DNA from: an uncultured Alphaproteobacteria bacterium
GTDB taxonomy: Bacteria; Pseudomonadota; Alphaproteobacteria; Micropepsales; Micropepsaceae
Assembly: GCA_963743765.1 (NCBI GenBank)
Contig: CAVUQQ010000004.1
Coordinates: 389,632-453,631, forward strand
Length of the DNA stretch: 64,000 bases
Reading direction: 5' to 3'
Part shown: in pieces, positions 41,956 through 50,952 of the stretch
Layout of the letters: every line of letters starts with the position of its first letter
Position numbering within the stretch: position 1 is the stretch's first letter
Program-made: the position numbers and the translations under genes
The notes under the pieces: generated by a model
Told to the model about the DNA's origin: nothing
Database searches by the model: none
What the model saw: only the letters and a program-made list of their open reading frames with translations

Positions 41956-42324
41956 CTACCAGTGGCGATCGTTGTCGCCATAGCGGTCACTATGGTCGCC
42001 ATACCTGTTACCATATTGAGCGCCGTAGCCGCCGTTGTAACCATTGTAGTAGCCGTAACGATCGCCATCGCCCTTGTACCAGCCATAGTGATAGTAATGA
42101 TGGCGATGTTGTGACGCCAAGATCGCGGCTAAAGTAAGAATGCCGACGCCTGCCACGATGGCGCCGCCGTTGCTACCATTATGTCCGCGGTAGTTGTCAC
42201 CGCGATACGCGTTGCCATAGCCGCTGTCGTATCCCTGGTTTCCGCCACGATCGGAGGGCGCGGCGACAGCCGCAGATCCGCCCAACAGCGTCAGGGCCAG
42301 CGTTGCACTCACAAGACGTTTCAT
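41956..42324 (-). CDS. small secreted Gly/Tyr-rich protein with central hydrophobic (glycine-zipper-like) segment
   Basis: MKRLVSATLALTLLGGSAAVA; GAIVAGVGILTLAAILAS; low-complexity GY/DR tail. Confidence 0.75.
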   Translation of the reverse strand: MKRLVSATLALTLLGGSAAVAAPSDRGGNQGYDSGYGNAYRGDNYRGHNGSNGGAIVAGVGILTLAAILASQHRHHYYHYGWYKGDGDRYGYYNGYNGGYGAQYGNRYGDHSDRYGDNDRHW

Positions 42325-42489
42325 GACCTTCATTCCTTCTCGTTACGACGCGTAGACATCGTTGGAAGCAGAATGGGCCGCATCGGCTGAACCCAGTCTG
42401 GGGGCGGCGTTTATCTTGGGTTCATATTGAACCAAGCGGTTGCCGGTATTCGGAGAAAGACAGCCGGTATTTTTGGAACGACCCCGAAA

Positions 42490-42513
42490 GTCCGCTTTCC
42501 ACCCCAAGCGGAC
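42490..42513. repeat. GTCCGCTT...AAGCGGAC palindromic element
   Basis: GTCCGCTT-tccacccc-AAGCGGAC downstream of the methyltransferase. Confidence 0.55.
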
Positions 42514-42553
42514 ATTGAGGCGCTCCAGCGGACAATATTGAGTTTCTTGACTG

Positions 42554-43162
42554 TCAGCGCGTGGCGACGATGACGATCCACGCCGTATTAAGCTTCGGGC
42601 GCTCGCAGCGAACGTCAAAGAAACCCGTCTCGACGAGCGCGGCGACAACGTCGTCTGGCGAGCGCGTCGTGAAGATGTCCGTCGGCGGGCCCATTCGGTC
42701 CATATTCTCCTTGGGCAGGAAGCCGACCACGACGCGACCACCCGGCGAGAGCACGCGATGGATCTCCGCAAATCCGGCGCGGAGCGATGTCCAAAAGTAG
42801 ACCGTGTTTACAGTACAGGCTTTTTCGAATGAGCCCGCCTCGAACGGCAGAGCTTCTGCGGTGCCGACGCGAAAATCCGCGCGACCAGCTCGCACATCTT
42901 CTGCAAATTTCTGCTTTGCTCGTTTGACGACGTCCGGCGATCGGTCCACACCACCCACGAACGAAGCTTCCCTAAGCAGAGAGGGAAGAGTCACTCCACC
43001 CCCGAATCCAATCTCGAGCACGCGGTCCGCCGGCTTGAGTTCAAGTTGCTTGACTGCAAACACGTTCATCGCGGCATTCGTCCAATTCATGAGCCACCCT
43101 ATGAGGCGGCCTGCGAAGCCTGTTGGACGAGAGAGCTGGACTGCGACGAAACGCGGGGGCAT
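42554..43162 (-). CDS. class I SAM-dependent methyltransferase
   Basis: QLSRPTGFAG, VLEIGFGGG, GVDRS, LPF..SF, VNTVYFW, RVLSPGG. Confidence 0.9.
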   Translation of the reverse strand: MPPRFVAVQLSRPTGFAGRLIGWLMNWTNAAMNVFAVKQLELKPADRVLEIGFGGGVTLPSLLREASFVGGVDRSPDVVKRAKQKFAEDVRAGRADFRVGTAEALPFEAGSFEKACTVNTVYFWTSLRAGFAEIHRVLSPGGRVVVGFLPKENMDRMGPPTDIFTTRSPDDVVAALVETGFFDVRCERPKLNTAWIVIVATR

Positions 43163-43472
43163 GTGGGACACACCAATATCTCCGGAATGACAGGGAGAAT
43201 TGGCGACAGCATACAAGATTTTGACTGGCTGTCGTTCAAGCCGTTCACGACATAATATTCGGCGCATTGCGTCGCAATGTTCCGTTCTTTGTCCGTCCAC
43301 TAGAGGCGTGCGTAGCTGGCGGTTGAATGCACCCAAGGTGGTCACTCTGCGCAGGCGCGACCTGCCGGTCGGACGCGCATCTTACCGCGCGCGAAGTTTG
43401 ACCTGCATCAAGCATGCGGCCGCCGGGCTCCCTACTCTGCGCTTCGTCGGTTGAGAATGACGGGAGAGCGCC

Positions 43473-44711
43473 ATGCCTATGAATGTGAAGCCTATTCCCA
43501 CGCTGGATCCGCGCATCAACGAGATCCGGGAGCTCACGGCTCGCATCGTCAACAAGGAGATACTGCCTAACGAGCGAAAACTCGGGGCAGGTTGGCGCCA
43601 CAGCGCGACGGCAGACGAGCGAGCCGCCTCCAAGAGCCTTGCAGAAGCCATCAAGGGAAAGGTGAAACAGGCAGGGCTTTGGGCGCCGCATTTGCCGCCC
43701 GAATATGGCGGGGCGGGCTTGAGCTTCCTGGAACACGCCTACATGAACGAGGTTCTCGCCTACACACAGGGCGGAGCCGCACTGTTCGGCGTCGTCGCAC
43801 CCAACTCCGGTAACCAGACGATCCTGCTGAAATACGGCACGGAAGAGCAAAAGCGGAAATGGTTGGTTCCCTTGACCGAGGGAAAAATGGAGTCGGGGTT
43901 CTCGATGACCGAACCAGACTCGCCCGGCTCCGACCCGCGCGCGATAAAAACCTCGGCGCGACTTGAGAACGGCGAATGGGTCATCAACGGACACAAATGG
44001 TTCACGTCGAACGGATTCCGCGCCGACTTCCTCATCGTCATGTGCCGGACGGAAGGCGCCGGGCGCGACACGGGTCGCATGACGCAGATCATCGTTCCGA
44101 CAAAAACGCCGGGCGTGCGCATCGTCCGCGGCGTGGAAGTCTGGGGCCGTCCGAGCGATCACTGCGAGATCGTCTATGACGATGTGAGGGTTCCCCAGGA
44201 GAACGCGCTGGGCGCGGCAGGATCGGGCCACAAGGCGGCCCAGGACCGGCTCGGCGCAGGCCGCGTTTTTCACTGCATGAACTCGATCGGACAGATGTGG
44301 CGCGCCTTCGATCTTATGGTCGAGCGTGCCACCGTGCGGGAGGTCCACGGCGGGCTGCTTGCAACAAAGCAATTCGTGCAAGGGTTCATCGCGGACTCCT
44401 ACATCGACATTCAGGCCGCGCGATTGATGACAATTCGCTGCGCGGAGATGATGGAGGGCGGCGGCGATCCACGGACGGACATTTCGGCCATCAAGATCTT
44501 CGTGCCGGCTGCCTATGAGCGCGTCGTCGATCGCGCCATCCAGGTCTGGGGCGCTGCCGGGGTATCAGGCGACCTGCCTCTAGCAGGAATGTATCTAGGC
44601 GCCCGAACGTTGCGAATTGCGGACGGGCCCGACGAGGTGCATCGCATCCTGATAGCGCGCAACGTACTATCGCGCTTTGCAGCCGGTGAAAGCTGGGACT
44701 TCGGAAATTGA
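43473..44711 (+). CDS. acyl-CoA dehydrogenase family protein
   Basis: APNSGN, FSMTEP..GSD, WVINGHKWFTS, AQDRLGAGR, AIQVWGAAG, RIADGPDEVH. Confidence 0.93.
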   Translation: MPMNVKPIPTLDPRINEIRELTARIVNKEILPNERKLGAGWRHSATADERAASKSLAEAIKGKVKQAGLWAPHLPPEYGGAGLSFLEHAYMNEVLAYTQGGAALFGVVAPNSGNQTILLKYGTEEQKRKWLVPLTEGKMESGFSMTEPDSPGSDPRAIKTSARLENGEWVINGHKWFTSNGFRADFLIVMCRTEGAGRDTGRMTQIIVPTKTPGVRIVRGVEVWGRPSDHCEIVYDDVRVPQENALGAAGSGHKAAQDRLGAGRVFHCMNSIGQMWRAFDLMVERATVREVHGGLLATKQFVQGFIADSYIDIQAARLMTIRCAEMMEGGGDPRTDISAIKIFVPAAYERVVDRAIQVWGAAGVSGDLPLAGMYLGARTLRIADGPDEVHRILIARNVLSRFAAGESWDFGN

Positions 44712-44854
44712 AACTGACCTGTCCCTTCCGAAAACTATATCCGGCGATATTAATGGTGAGGTCCGCCTGACACTCGCTAGCGACAACGCAGCCGTGCCGC
44801 TCGATGGGGCGGCGACATGGGATATCGTTCCGCGGATATTCTATTACGCTCATC

Positions 44855-45267
44855 CGCTGGACGAAATGGTCGTGAAGATCGGTGGCAAGAGAATGTGGCT
44901 GCGGCACGCCGTCGATGACGAAGGCGAAGTTCTGGACATGCTGGTCCAGAAACGCCGCAACACGCGTTCCGCGTTGAGATTGCTGCGCAAACTACTCAAG
45001 AACCAAGGTATCCATCCAGAGACCGTCGCAACCGACGAACCCGTCTCGCATCGAGCTGTATTTCGAGAAGTCCGCTGCAGCGATCGTCATCGGCCTGGAC
45101 GCATGCTGGCGAACAATCGAGCCGAGATTTCACACTTGGCGATTCGACGACGCGAGCGAAAACAGCAGAAGTTTAAGTCGCAACGTTCAGCCCAAAGGTT
45201 CCTGGCCACCTACGCCGCCGTCGACAACATCTTCAATATGGCGAAAATCCATACATGCATATTGTAA
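44855..45267 (+). mobile_element. IS6 family transposase remnant (DDE part only)
   Basis: LDEMVVKIGGKRMWL..AVDDEGEVLDMLVQKRRN, TD, NNRAE.SH..IRRRERKQQKFKS; N-terminus missing. Confidence 0.85.
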
Positions 45268-45637
45268 AGGCCATTTTTCCGTGGCGCTCGCGGCGAATTC
45301 CGGGCGCAAAGAGGCGCGCTTCCTTCTCTTCCGCGCGGCCTTGCTGAGTAGCGATTGTTTGGCGCGCCCGAGAGCCAGGCACTCTCAGATGCCCGTGCCA
45401 GGCTGAGGCACGCATGCCGGCAATCGATCCAGTGAGAGTTCGAGCGGCTGCGGCCCATCGAGGAGCGCTTTGACAATGGCTCGATGGCCGCTACTGGCCG
45501 CATGCCGGCCATCTTGGCCTGAGAACGCCGGCGAACAAATATATAGACTTACGCACGAACGTATATATTGTGTCCCGGCACTCCAAATGCAGCGGGCGAG
45601 GGCCAATCTTCGCGCGCACGACCGCGAGGATAGGGCC

Positions 45638-46630
45638 ATGGCCAAAGAACTCCCCAAAACGACGCCATCCGCCTCCGCCGCAGTTTCCGGTGATTCACCG
45701 TTCCATCGCGGCGAACTCGCGATCCAGGAGCGCCTCGGAATCGTCGAAAAAATGGACAAGTATGGACGAGCGGCCATACGCGACTTCCTGCTCGATCAGC
45801 ATCGGGAGTTTTTTCCAAAACTCCCGTTCTTCGTGGTGGGCTCGGTCGATGCACGCGGGCGCCCCTGGGCTTCGCAACTGGACGGAGAGCCAGGATTTCT
45901 GCACTCCTCGGATCCAAAGAGACTCCACATCGCGGCGATACCGTCCGATGGCGATCCGCTCAAGGGCGCGCTTCGAGAAGGCGCATCGATTGGAGGACTC
46001 GGCATCGAGTTGTATACGCGCCGACGCAACCGCATAAACGGGAAGGTGTTGCTCGACGAGGATGGCAGTGGCTTCACCATCAAGGTCGACCAGTCCTTCG
46101 GAAACTGTCCGCAGTACATACAGGCGCGTAAGCCACGCTTCGTCCGAGAGCTCTCCGGTCAGACCCGGCCCCGATCACTTCGAGGTTTTGAGAGATTCGA
46201 CGACGATATCCGCACGGTTATCCGCCGAGCGGACACCTTCTTCATCGCCAGCCGATTCGAAGGCGATGAGACGACGGCGAGAAATGGCGTCGATGTCTCG
46301 CACCGCGGCGGACGCCCCGGGTTTCTGACCGTGAAAGACGATCGCACGCTTCTTTGGCCCGATTATCGCGGCAACTTCTTTTTCATGACCTTGGGAAATC
46401 TCGAATGCGATCCGCGCTGCGGCTTGTTGGTAATGGACTTCGATCGCGGCGACACCCTGCAGCTTACCGGGACAGCGAAGGTGCTCTGGGATTGGCCAAA
46501 GGACGACCCGGCATTCAAGGACGCGCACCGTTTGGTTGAGTTCACCTTGAGCGAAGGCATTCAGGCCAAAGGCGTCCTGCCCTGCGCCTGGGACTTCCTC
46601 GGCCAAGCGCCGCAATTCTCGCCGGGCTGA
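45638..46630 (+). CDS. pyridoxamine 5'-phosphate oxidase-like (double split-barrel) FMN-binding protein
   Basis: FHRGELAIQ, GRPWAS, TRRRNRING, FGNCPQYIQ, DVSHRGGRPGF, PDYRGN. Confidence 0.9.
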   Translation: MAKELPKTTPSASAAVSGDSPFHRGELAIQERLGIVEKMDKYGRAAIRDFLLDQHREFFPKLPFFVVGSVDARGRPWASQLDGEPGFLHSSDPKRLHIAAIPSDGDPLKGALREGASIGGLGIELYTRRRNRINGKVLLDEDGSGFTIKVDQSFGNCPQYIQARKPRFVRELSGQTRPRSLRGFERFDDDIRTVIRRADTFFIASRFEGDETTARNGVDVSHRGGRPGFLTVKDDRTLLWPDYRGNFFFMTLGNLECDPRCGLLVMDFDRGDTLQLTGTAKVLWDWPKDDPAFKDAHRLVEFTLSEGIQAKGVLPCAWDFLGQAPQFSPG

Positions 46631-46711
46631 TGTCACGGAGGACATAGCCCTAACCGCCTGGCAACAGCGCCGCTCGCAGGGGCGCTGAATGTCCTTCCAT
46701 CCTGCGTCGCG

Positions 46712-46990
46712 TCAGGCGATCCGGATTGGCGAGCGCCTGGCGACGTGATCGTGGGAGTTCGGCGGATGGGCGCGAAGATGTGCCTTGCGCTCTGCGTAGC
46801 CTTCGCCCGAGACGAGGCCCAGTGTGGCCACGAGGGACTCGAGCGCGGCCAACCAGCAAGCGTAGTATGAGCGTTCCCCTGCCTCGCCGCTCGCCGGATC
46901 GACCAGGCCCGCCGCCGCGAGCTCTTCTTCGAGCGCCTTCACGCGCAGCGCCATTTCCGACAGAGGTTTGACGTGCTCGTCGCTGCTCAT
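46712..46990 (-). pseudogene. fusion remnant: nitrile hydratase alpha-subunit-like N-terminus + NHase accessory-protein-like C-terminus
   Basis: LSEMALRVKALEEEL..AGLVDPA joined directly to YYACWLAALESLV..GLVS. Confidence 0.55.
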
Positions 46991-47223
46991 CTTTGTGGCG
47001 CCACCCTTGTCGCGGGACATGTGCCGGTTGCCGCCACAATCAGACATGCCACAAGGCGAGCGCCAAGTTTGACGGGACCGATCGGCACCATCCAGAACCC
47101 TATGTCGCGAACGAAAGTATATGACCACGCTCAGGCGACGAACGTCCAGCGATCATCTTTCGAAAAGCCAACGTGTTTTCGCGAAATCATTCCGGCCAAC
47201 CAGAAAATCGCGCATTTCTTCCG

Positions 47224-47919
47224 TCAATGTCTGCTCCGCCTTTGAGATTGAGTTCGCGGCGTCCGCGGCGCCGCTTTTCCGGCCCTGAGAGCCCCAATTC
47301 GATCACGGCAGCTCTTCCTTGCACGAACAAAGCTTTCTTGATCGCCCAGCAGCGCCGCCGTGTTTGCTGCTCCCTGGAACGCCGTGAGTTCGAATACGAG
47401 TTGCTCGCCGTCGAAATCCGCCCTGAGTTCACCCGCGCGTTGGGCCTCGGCAATGGTAGATTTCAGCAATCTCAACCAACTTTTTCGGTGTTCGGTGACG
47501 CGGTCGCGGATTGGTCCGGGGCGAGCGCGATATTCAGCCATTGTCGCATAGAGCATACATCCCCCCGGAAGGACGCGCCGTTCGACATAGTCAAACCAAC
47601 CATCGCACAGCCGGAGAAGCCGCTTGGTCAGTGCCGTCTCTTCCAGCGCGGGCTTGATGACGGCGCTGACAAATATCTCGACCGCCGCGTCCAGTGTCTT
47701 GAGTTGCAGGGTTTCCTTGTCGCCAAACAGAACCGAGATGTTTCCCTTGCTGATCCCAAGCTCCGATGCGAGCCCACCGATCGTCAGGCCCTCAAGCCCG
47801 TTTACCGACGCAACACGTACCGCATGCGACAAGATTGTCGCCCGCGCGGTAGCACCCCGTCGCCGGCGGCCATCAGTTTCATCTCTCATCGGCGCGCGTG
47901 TCTTGGACAGGTCTTTCAT
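47224..47919 (-). CDS. TetR family regulator
   Basis: GLEGLTIGGLASELGISKG..FGDKETLQL, PGGC, GPIRD. Confidence 0.9.
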   Translation of the reverse strand: MKDLSKTRAPMRDETDGRRRRGATARATILSHAVRVASVNGLEGLTIGGLASELGISKGNISVLFGDKETLQLKTLDAAVEIFVSAVIKPALEETALTKRLLRLCDGWFDYVERRVLPGGCMLYATMAEYRARPGPIRDRVTEHRKSWLRLLKSTIAEAQRAGELRADFDGEQLVFELTAFQGAANTAALLGDQESFVRARKSCRDRIGALRAGKAAPRTPRTQSQRRSRH

Positions 47920-47976
47920 GTAGCTGCTCCCAGGAAACGCGAAATCGCGCGGTTCGATGTAGCCCGGCAAGGGCCG

Positions 47977-48618
47977 CTAGACAGGAATACCTTCTTTTTC
48001 GAGTACACGCTTTACTGCAGGCCTTGCGATCGTGCGCTCGGCTATTTTTGTCCAGGCGGGATATCGCTCGTGCATCGGGTTCCCGGCACCCTTCGATCCC
48101 AGGTAGAAAAACAGGAGATAAGGGTCGACGATCGTGTACTGGCCAGGCACGGCCCAGTCGCGGCCTTGCAGCTGTTCTTCGATATAGGTGTAGGCGGCAC
48201 CTATTCCCTGCCGGCCCCTGGCGATCACCGCTGGATAGTCTTTCTGGTCGGCGACGAAGCGCTGGGGGCGGACAATTTGGGCGAATGCCGTCGCATGCAC
48301 CGTAGTGGTGAGCCAGTTCATCCACTCAAGGCAGCGCGCTTCCGCCTCGAGCGTCGCCGGCAACAGTCTGCTCTCCGGGTAGCGTTTCGCCAGATAGGTC
48401 AGAATGGCGGGCGTTTCGGTCAACACATCGTCGCCAATCGTGAGTGCGGGAAGCCGTCCCTTGGGATTGATCTTCAAATATTGGTCGTCAACGAGAATGT
48501 CGGCTCTGGAAGCCTGATCGATCGTGACCTCCTTGGTGAGATAAGGCAGTCCGATTTCCTCCAGAACGATGTGCGGTGCGAGGGAGCTGGCCCCGCGCGC
48601 CCGGAAGAGTGTGTGCAT
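47977..48618 (-). CDS. glutathione S-transferase (beta-class-like)
   Basis: GASSLAPHIVLEE, INPKGRLPAL, LTETPAIL.YLA, YTIVDPYL. Confidence 0.93.
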   Translation of the reverse strand: MHTLFRARGASSLAPHIVLEEIGLPYLTKEVTIDQASRADILVDDQYLKINPKGRLPALTIGDDVLTETPAILTYLAKRYPESRLLPATLEAEARCLEWMNWLTTTVHATAFAQIVRPQRFVADQKDYPAVIARGRQGIGAAYTYIEEQLQGRDWAVPGQYTIVDPYLLFFYLGSKGAGNPMHERYPAWTKIAERTIARPAVKRVLEKEGIPV

Positions 48619-48660
48619 CCCGAATTCTCCAGTTGTTCCGACGCCGGAAATATATTTAAG

Positions 48661-48674
48661 TACGAACGTACGTA
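48661..48674. promoter_or_regulatory. near-palindromic operator-like site upstream of GST-tetR
   Basis: TACGAACGTACGTA; related CACGAACGTATATA near 45554 and AACGAAAGTATATG near 47110. Confidence 0.55.
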
Positions 48675-48876
48675 TTACAAATCAGCGTCCCATGTCAAGA
48701 CGCGGCGTCCCGGGCCAATTTGCGATCGGGCCAGACAGAGGTTTTTTGCATTCGAGGGTGGCTGCGACGCGTACGCCGGGGCGCCTTCAGCACGTCTTCC
48801 CGAGCCCACAAGCGTCAGGCTTTGGAAATCGGGGCCGGGAAAATCGAAGCGACGGTCGCGGCCGCCGGTCGCCGCT

Positions 48877-49443
48877 TTATTGCGGCAAAGCTACGAAGAG
48901 CAACGCAACGTAAATGACATAAACTGCCAAGAACAATGGCGCTAGAACCATGTGAACCAGACTATTGCGGGAAACAAAGCCAACGAATGCCACAATGGCG
49001 AAGGCGCCATGCCCAGCCAAATCTGACGACTTTGGAAGCGCTCCATATGTCATCAGGGCTTTTGCCAGACTAATCACGACAACAGCCAATGTCGCGCCGA
49101 AGAACCATCTGGTCTCCCGGAAATAGTCTTGTTCCAGATCGACGTGGCCCTCCGACCGCAAATCCGGCGTGATCAACGCTGCCATCAGGTACAGCATGAC
49201 CGGCTGCATCAGCACGACGAGAAAATTGGCAAAATTCCAATGCCGCATCTGACGCAAACCAAACAGCGCCCACCAAACCTGCACATGCAGCAGAAAAACC
49301 ACCCCCATGAGGAGTGGCACCGGCCAAAACATTCGTATCCGAGCGCGCGCTCTCACCATCACGGCAAAGCCGGACAGTAACTGCGTCATGCCGAGACCAA
49401 GCACGATAGAGATCAAGACCGAAAGGTAGTCGAAAGCGTCCAT
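48877..49443 (-). CDS. hypothetical integral membrane protein
   Basis: MDAFDYLSVLISIVLGLGMTQLL, WWALF, several TM segments. Confidence 0.8.
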   Translation of the reverse strand: MDAFDYLSVLISIVLGLGMTQLLSGFAVMVRARARIRMFWPVPLLMGVVFLLHVQVWWALFGLRQMRHWNFANFLVVLMQPVMLYLMAALITPDLRSEGHVDLEQDYFRETRWFFGATLAVVVISLAKALMTYGALPKSSDLAGHGAFAIVAFVGFVSRNSLVHMVLAPLFLAVYVIYVALLFVALPQ

Positions 49444-49549
49444 CGGTTTCCATTGAGGAGTGCGCTCGCCTGAAGCGGAGCAACTGACCATCGCCCCCGG
49501 CGCCCCCTTTTCCGGGCTCAACAATACGGGCTGTCCGGTCTGAGGGCGT

Positions 49550-49752
49550 TCAATTTGAGGTGATCACCATAATGGGATGCGCTCCTGCAGCGGCGCTCCA
49601 ATCGCATTCGATCAGAGATCGGTCTTTTGAATCTTCGCCTCTGTCGCGTCTATCCGCGACGCCGGCGTGGAGGAATACGATGGGATCGCCCTGCCCGCTG
49701 ACCTGCACCGCCAACATTGCGGCTCCCGAAGCTGTCGTGTGATTGCCAATCA
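49550..49752 (-). pseudogene. alpha/beta hydrolase N-terminal remnant
   Basis: LAVQVSGQGDPIVFLHAGVADRR then loss of similarity. Confidence 0.55.
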
Positions 49753-50048
49753 TGGTTCGCCCACGCCAGAATTCCGCGCATCGTGACATGGGGCAGGACT
49801 GTCGTTGCTCAAATCTTCGTGGCGAAAGCGTGTTCGCGGGCTCAAGGCTTCGTCCTCCATTTCCAAGCACCAATTCAGTCTACAAAAGCACCTCTTGCAC
49901 GCCGCGATCGCGATGCTTCAGCGCCGCAAGAACCGAGCTTCGTCCTCCGTGTTGACCTATTCCTTTCCGCCATCCGCGAGGTTCCTGGTTTCACGTCGTA
50001 CGGCGGTCACGGAGAAACGCCCGTCTGGCGGGGAAATAAAGTATATGT

Positions 50049-50111
50049 CTATATGTCCAGACCTATTGACATGACGAAAAAGACCTCATATATCCAACCG
50101 CATGGACATAT
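50049..50111 (+). promoter_or_regulatory. two imperfect inverted repeats upstream of and over the arsR start (putative ArsR operators)
   Basis: ATGTCcagacctattGACAT and ATATCCAaccgcaTGGACAT. Confidence 0.5.
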
Positions 50112-50413
50112 CGGAAGCACTCGCAGCCTTTGACGCGCTCTCGCAGCGGACCCGCCTGGAAACCTTGCGTCTCCTGGTCAGGGCGGGAGACGGCGGTCTG
50201 GCGGCCGGCGACATCGCCCGGTCGCTGGGCGTGCCGCACAACACCATGTCGGCGCATCTGACTGTGCTCCATGCAGCCGGGCTCGTTTCCTCGGAGCGGC
50301 GAAGCCGCTCGGTGATTTATCGCACTCGCTACGAGGCACTGCGCGGCCTGCTCGACTATCTGATGACCGATTGCTGCCAGGGCCGCCTCGAAACCTTTGG
50401 CAGCTTGACTTAA
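50102..50413 (+). CDS. arsR: ArsR/SmtB family As-responsive repressor
   Basis: ALSQRTRL..LLVRAG.GL.AG.IA, NTMSAHL, C-terminal DCCQG. Confidence 0.88.
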   Translation: MDISEALAAFDALSQRTRLETLRLLVRAGDGGLAAGDIARSLGVPHNTMSAHLTVLHAAGLVSSERRSRSVIYRTRYEALRGLLDYLMTDCCQGRLETFGSLT

Positions 50414-50441
50414 CCCAACAACAATCCTGAAGGAGAAGACC

Positions 50442-50909
50442 GTGAAAAGACTTCATGTACATGTCAGCGTCGACGACCTCGACAAGTCAGTCGGGTTCTA
50501 CTCGGCGCTGTTCTCGGCCCAGCCGACCGTTCAGCGCGATGACTATGCCAAATGGATGCTCGACGACCCGCGGGTGAACTTCGCGATTTCGCACAAGGAC
50601 GATCGGCAGCCGGGCTTGAACCATCTCGGCATCCAGGTCGATGAAACCAACGAACTCGAAGCCCTGTATGCCGCCCTGGGCGCAGCCAACATTGCGACAG
50701 TGGATGAGACCTGTGCGCGGTGCTGCTACGCCGAGTCCGACAAGCACTGGGCAGTCGACCCGAGCGGTATCGTCTGGGAGACGTACCACACGATGGGCGA
50801 GATCGCCGTCTATGGAGAGGATCGCGGCGCGGGTGTCGATCCCCTTATTCGCAAGCAAACTCCTGTGGCACCGGCCAGGGAGAAAGACGAGTGCTCGGCC
50901 TGCTCGTAG
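50442..50909 (+). CDS. arsI: ArsI/CadI family VOC metalloenzyme (putative C-As lyase)
   Basis: RLHVH, DYAKWMLDDPRVNFAIS, HLGIQV, CCYAESDK.W..DP.G..WE. Confidence 0.85.
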   Translation: MKRLHVHVSVDDLDKSVGFYSALFSAQPTVQRDDYAKWMLDDPRVNFAISHKDDRQPGLNHLGIQVDETNELEALYAALGAANIATVDETCARCCYAESDKHWAVDPSGIVWETYHTMGEIAVYGEDRGAGVDPLIRKQTPVAPAREKDECSACS

Positions 50910-50952
50910 TTGACGGGTCAGCTCTCAAACGACACGACAGGCTGGGAACCAC

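Noticed and set aside
42387-42426. GCTGAAC...GTTCAT motifs upstream of the Gly/Tyr-rich gene
   Set aside because: Could be a response-regulator site, but it is a single instance and too short to support.
44703-44720. GGAAATTGAAACTGACC resembling an IS terminal repeat
   Set aside because: No partner inverted repeat or target duplication found, and it does not look like an IS6 end.
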